Assembly (NCBI GenBank): GCA_002104905.1
Contig: MCFE01000705.1
Span: 1-43,707, forward strand
DNA: 43,707 nucleotides
Source: Basidiobolus meristosporus CBS 931.73
Lineage: Eukaryota > Fungi > Basidiobolomycota
Reading direction: 5' to 3'
Below, one piece after another: positions 39,151 to 43,707 of the stretch. The position numbers and the translations under genes were made by a program. Below the pieces are notes generated by a model. It saw nothing but the letters and a program-made list of their open reading frames with translations. It did not search any database and was not told the origin of the DNA. The number at the start of each line of letters is the position of its first letter. Within the stretch, counting starts at the first letter, position 1.

Positions 39151-42100
39151 CTAATCTTGATGTGCAAAATTCCTATGCTTGAATAACTTAAGTTGATTTC
39201 CATCAACTGGTGCTCTCAACTGGGTGCTGTCAAGCTCAGATATGTAATAACTTCCATTTCCAATCACTTTGGAAATGAGGTAGGGGCCAGTCCATTTGTT
39301 GTTAAACTTCCAACTCCATTGCTTGTCCAAGGTAGAATCTTAGAGTAATACTGGGTCTCCTAGTGATAGTGGTTTTGGCCTTGTTGGGTGTGATTTGTCA
39401 AAGGGCACCTTGTTCTTTAGTTGTGTGTCCTTAAGTTGTTCAGCAGCTCTGCTAATATTCAAATCATGGTGATCAAGTTGCTGTATGCAAGTTGCAAGGA
39501 GGTCTTCAGTCTGCATATCGGATCTCCAATTCAATGAGTTCCAAGTGACTGTGTTTAACTCAACTGGTAGTATGCAGTCATGTCCATAGAGTAGCTTGAA
39601 TGGCAATAATCCAGTTGTTCTCTTGGTAGTAATTCTATCTGCCCAGAGTGCTAGATGTAATTGCTGTGGCCACAGTGTTGTGTTATTCTCACAAGTCTTG
39701 ACAAGAGAGTTCACCAATGGTCCATGTCCTCTCTCTATCATTCCATTGGCTTGAGGGTGGTAAGCTGTTGTAAAAGCAAGGTGTATCTTGTATTTTGAGC
39801 ACAACTCCTGGATCATTTGGGATGTCATCTCTCCTCTGTCAGCAACAAACTGCCGGATGCAGCCAAATCTGCAGATGATGTCTTCAAGTATAAATCTCCA
39901 TATGGTATGGCTCTTGTTGTTGGGCAAGGCTTGAGCCTCTGCCCATCCACTAAGGTCATCTCTAGCAACAATCAGGTACTTTTTTGATCCAGCTGTTGGC
40001 ATGTGGACAAGGTCAATGCCAACCTTTTGCCATAGACAGATTGTGTAAGTAGGATGCAGTGGTTCTTCATAACGCTTGGAGGATCTCTTCTGGCAGGCTA
40101 CACATGACTCAACAAAGTGTTGGATATCATAGTACATGTTTTCCCAGTAGTACCTCTGAGCTGTAGTATTGTATGTGGCTTCTCGTCCTCTATGTCCTCC
40201 TGGTTCTCCTTGGTGGATACTTGTCATGATGTTCAGTTGCTCTTGAGGGGTAGTGACTACTCTTCTTGGCATAAGTCCAGGTTTCACTCGCTTAAAGAGA
40301 TGATCATCTTTAAGATAGTAGTGGTGTGCCTTCTTCCTGAGTTTTCTAAACTCCTGAATATCCATCCAACTAGGTTTCTTAAGTGTCCTTAGATATTCCT
40401 TGATCAGACTCCAGGTAGTTCTCTCTTGGTCTTTGATGGCAATCTGTCGGATCTCTGCGTCAATAATATCATCAAAGTGAGGGTCCAAGTCTTCAAATAA
40501 TTGTGGTCCCTTCCTGGAGAGTGCATCAGCCACAACATTTGTCTTGCCAGGGATATGTTTGACCTCAAAGTCAAACATTTTCAGCCATGCCATCCATTGG
40601 TTTGTGGCATCATCAGGTAGGTCAGGCTTGTTGATCATTCCTATAAGTGGCTTGGCATCTGTCTCCAGGATAAAATGTGTCATGTAGAGTTGTGACTTCA
40701 GTTTCCTCAGCATCTTCACAACTCCTGGTAGTTCTCTCTTAATCTGTGAGTATCTTTGTTCTCTAGGAGAGAATAGGCAGCTCTCATATCTGCAGGCATA
40801 GCGGTTGCCATCTTCATCATCTTGTCCAAGTAGTGCTCCAGCTCCTATGGGGCTTGCATCCACTGTCAAAATAGGTGGGCATTCAGTGTTTTGATAGTCA
40901 AGAGGTCTTAGAGCTGGTGGAGATACTAAGGCCTCTTTCAGTAATTGCATGGCTTCTTCTTGCTCTTCTCCCCAGATAAATGGGGTATTCTTTCTCTGTA
41001 GTTGGTAGATTGGTTCTGCTATCTCAGAAAATCTTGGGATCCAGATCCTAAAGAACCCACAAGCAGCCACAAAGCCACGAGCTTGCGTTAGATTTGTGGG
41101 GGTAGGCCAGTTGCATATCTTTTGTGTCTTGGAATCTCCAGGTGAGCGACCAAAGGTATTGCATTTTTGTCCAACAATGGATATCTCTGACACACCAAAG
41201 CTGCTTTTCTCACCACTGATGGTGAGTCCAGCTTCTTCAATGGCTCCTAATATGGCATCATTGTCTGAAATATGATCATAGACAAACTCTCTGACTCCAG
41301 GCATGACTTCAGTGGTGTCCTGGGTTTTTGGTCCTTTGATGCCTATGTCAACAACAAAGACAGCAAGTTTCTCAGGTATAAACTGGTATAGCACATTCAC
41401 CATGCATCTCTGGAACTGAGCCACAGAGTTTGTAGCCCCTTGGCTGAGTCTTGTCATCCTTAATAGTCCAAATGGTGTCTGTAGTGCAAACATATCTCTT
41501 GATGTCTCATCAAGGGGAATCTGGTCATATCCTGAGTAGAGATTGTATGTTGAGTAGATGGAGTGGCCACTAAAGCTTTCTGCAAAGTCATCAATAGATG
41601 GAGGTATAGCAGCATCTCTGATAGTGACAGCATTTGCAGGTTGCATGTCTTGAATGAATCGGAGCTTTCCGTTCTTCTTTTTGGTCACAAACCATCTGTT
41701 AGCATAGGGTCCATGGCAAGGTACTAGGATACCAGCTTCTATCTTCTTCTTAAGTAGGTCATGCACATCAGCTTGGTGTCCTCTGGGCAGTGGGTAAGGC
41801 TTAAATGACCAGGGTGTGTGAGGCACTGTATGAATCTTGATGGGTTTTTCAACCGATGTCTTTAAGAGTCCCATCTCCTTGTCATTATATGAGAAGACCT
41901 TATCATGCCTTTTCAAGGTCTCCTTAAATAATAGTATCTACTCTGGTGTAAGGTTTCCATCACCAATGATAAGTTGCTTAAGTCTCTCAGGTGTAAGTTG
42001 TATATCATCTGGTGTTTCATCTGGTGGTCTAATGTAATCAGCAGGTCAAGATCCATCAGTCAGTGGGGTAAGTGATGGTCTAATCTTCTGTTCTACTGTC

Positions 42101-43707
42101 TTGTATTTTGTTTGAACCATAGCTGTTTGCTCCTGTATACCTAATGAGCAGCTCCAAATGTTGGGGTGTATATTGTCAGGCTCCTCATCTTCTTCCATAA
42201 TAAAATGTGTCTTCTGGCAAGCAGTATGTGTCCTCTTATTGTTGGGTGTTACACCACAGAAGGTTGACTGTAGTCCTGGGTTAGATCCTTGTATGGTGTA
42301 CCATACTGACCCATTGGAATAGTTGGTAGTTGTAGCCTTAGTACTGGTCTCCCATGGTCTACCTAGCAGAAGGTCAAAGTTTGCCTTCTGGCAGATGAAG
42401 AGGGGAAGCCAGACCTTGATTCCTTGTACCTCAATAGGGAACTTGTGTACTACACCATAGAGTGGACTAGATCCTGAGTTTGCATCGGTCATGTTCCATC
42501 CAATATTTCTATCAGCAGGCAGTAGCTCCTTGCTTTTAAGTGTCTTCCAGAAGTCTAGCGGCATAACACAAATCTCTGAGCCACTGTCAATATGGCAGTC
42601 AACAGGGTCATCATATATATACCCTTTTACCACAGCAGTTGCAACTGAGTAAAAGGTCTTATATTCAGTAGTGTTGTCATCATTTTGGTGGTCTTCATGG
42701 TTTGTCTGAGTTATATGGGTGTCCATATGTTCAACAGCTTGTTGTCTTGTTCTAAGCTGCTCATCAAAGGTCTTCCTAACAGATGGGGATACACTCATGA
42801 TTTCTCCAACCAACAAAGTGAGGTTCTGCTTCAGCAGCTTCTCAGTAATCAGTTGAGGGCTTGAGTAGCTTGCTATCTTTGAGGTCATCTGAAAGTGAGG
42901 CAATAGATCTTGGGTGGGCAGCATACTAGGCCTCTTGTCAATAACAACTTCAGGTTCTTCAAAGCGTGGTCTTCTAAGGATGGGCTTGGCAGGTTCTTCA
43001 GGGAGGTGTCTTTTGGTAGCAAAGGCATCAACTTCATATTGTCTGTTGTCAGGGCTGCTTGGATTCACTTTATGAGTCCCAATAGGGGCATCAACAGTAA
43101 TCTTTCTGGTTGCTGAGTCAGATTTCTGGAAAAGGGCTCTCATCCCTCCTCTTTGGAAATTAGTGGGAATCCTTCTTCCTTCCTTGTCTGCAAGCATTCC
43201 ATCAGCATCAAACTGTACTGCTCCTTCTCTGAGTAGCTGACTAAGCTCTGAGCATTCTTGTCTGGCATGCTGAGTAGAGTGACACCAGATGCAGTGCCTG
43301 GGCAAGGGTCTTTGTCCCTCAGTAGCAACCTCAGCTGAGCCATTAATCTTGAGGGCTAGCTTCTGTAGCTGTTCAGCAAGTTGGTCAATTCTGTTGGTAG
43401 TGTAGGTCTGATTGTCAGCAGCAGCACTCCTTGGCTCCTTGGTTGACTGGTCTGGCAGATTAGATGTCAGGAGTCTCATAAAGGTAGAAGTTTGCTTTGC
43501 CTCTAGGAGAACACGTTTCATCTCTGCAAAGCAAGGAATGCCAGACTTGTCATCCTTGGCTGCATGTAAGTCAACTTTCCTTGCCAAGTCCTGGGGAAGC
43601 CCTTGTGCAAGGTAAAGTGTCATGGTAAACTCAGTTATAGCCTGGGACTCTAGGAGTGGCTTGGCCATATCTTCATACTGTTGAATGAACTCTTCAAGTG
43701 TAGCTTG
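39151..43707 (-). pseudogene. Ty3/gypsy gag-pol (partial, runs off the window), three in-frame stops
   Basis: One frame throughout: zinc knuckle CIWCHSTQHARQEC, protease HIDSGSE, RT, RNase H LTVDAS, integrase GHRG/CVAC/GIDL/ADRG/IERG, and a GPY motif (KWTGPYLI) after the stop at 39340. Stops at 42046, 41938 and 39340. The frame is open to the window edge (QATLEEFIQQYEDM…). Confidence 0.92.

Noticed and set aside
27200-43707. Classical Neurospora-type RIP
   Set aside because: CpA/TpG is abundant rather than depleted; the missing dinucleotide is CpG.

Overview
Eukaryotic, almost certainly fungal, genomic DNA. An early-diverging, repeat-rich fungus is plausible, but the organism cannot be determined from the sequence. 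A CpG-rich island of apparently intronless genes (~2.1-27.2 kb) lies between two blocks of CpG-depleted, decayed transposon DNA. Left to right, the island holds: (1) two tandem secreted Gly/Asn-repeat proteins; (2) a secreted cationic collagen-like protein; (3) two divergently transcribed uricase paralogues; (4) an 83-aa secreted 6-Cys protein; (5) a tRNA-Arg(CCT) with a mismatched acceptor stem; (6) an ~11-kb array of 13 metallothionein (MT)-like loci; and (7) a single-domain rhodanese. The MT array is the most striking feature. Its proteins are built from a repeated C-x-C-x3-C-x-C-x2-C module and range from 57 to 127 aa. Four near-identical 127-aa copies sit behind different promoter types, alongside pseudogenes and orphan promoter remnants. 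The right block is a nested transposon stack: a decayed CACTA/EnSpm element carrying a solo Ty3 LTR, a diverged Ty1 LTR, and a Ty1/copia element whose integrase is itself split by a Ty3/gypsy element running off the window. Labels MT1-MT13 are mine. All identities and counts were read by hand, not computed.
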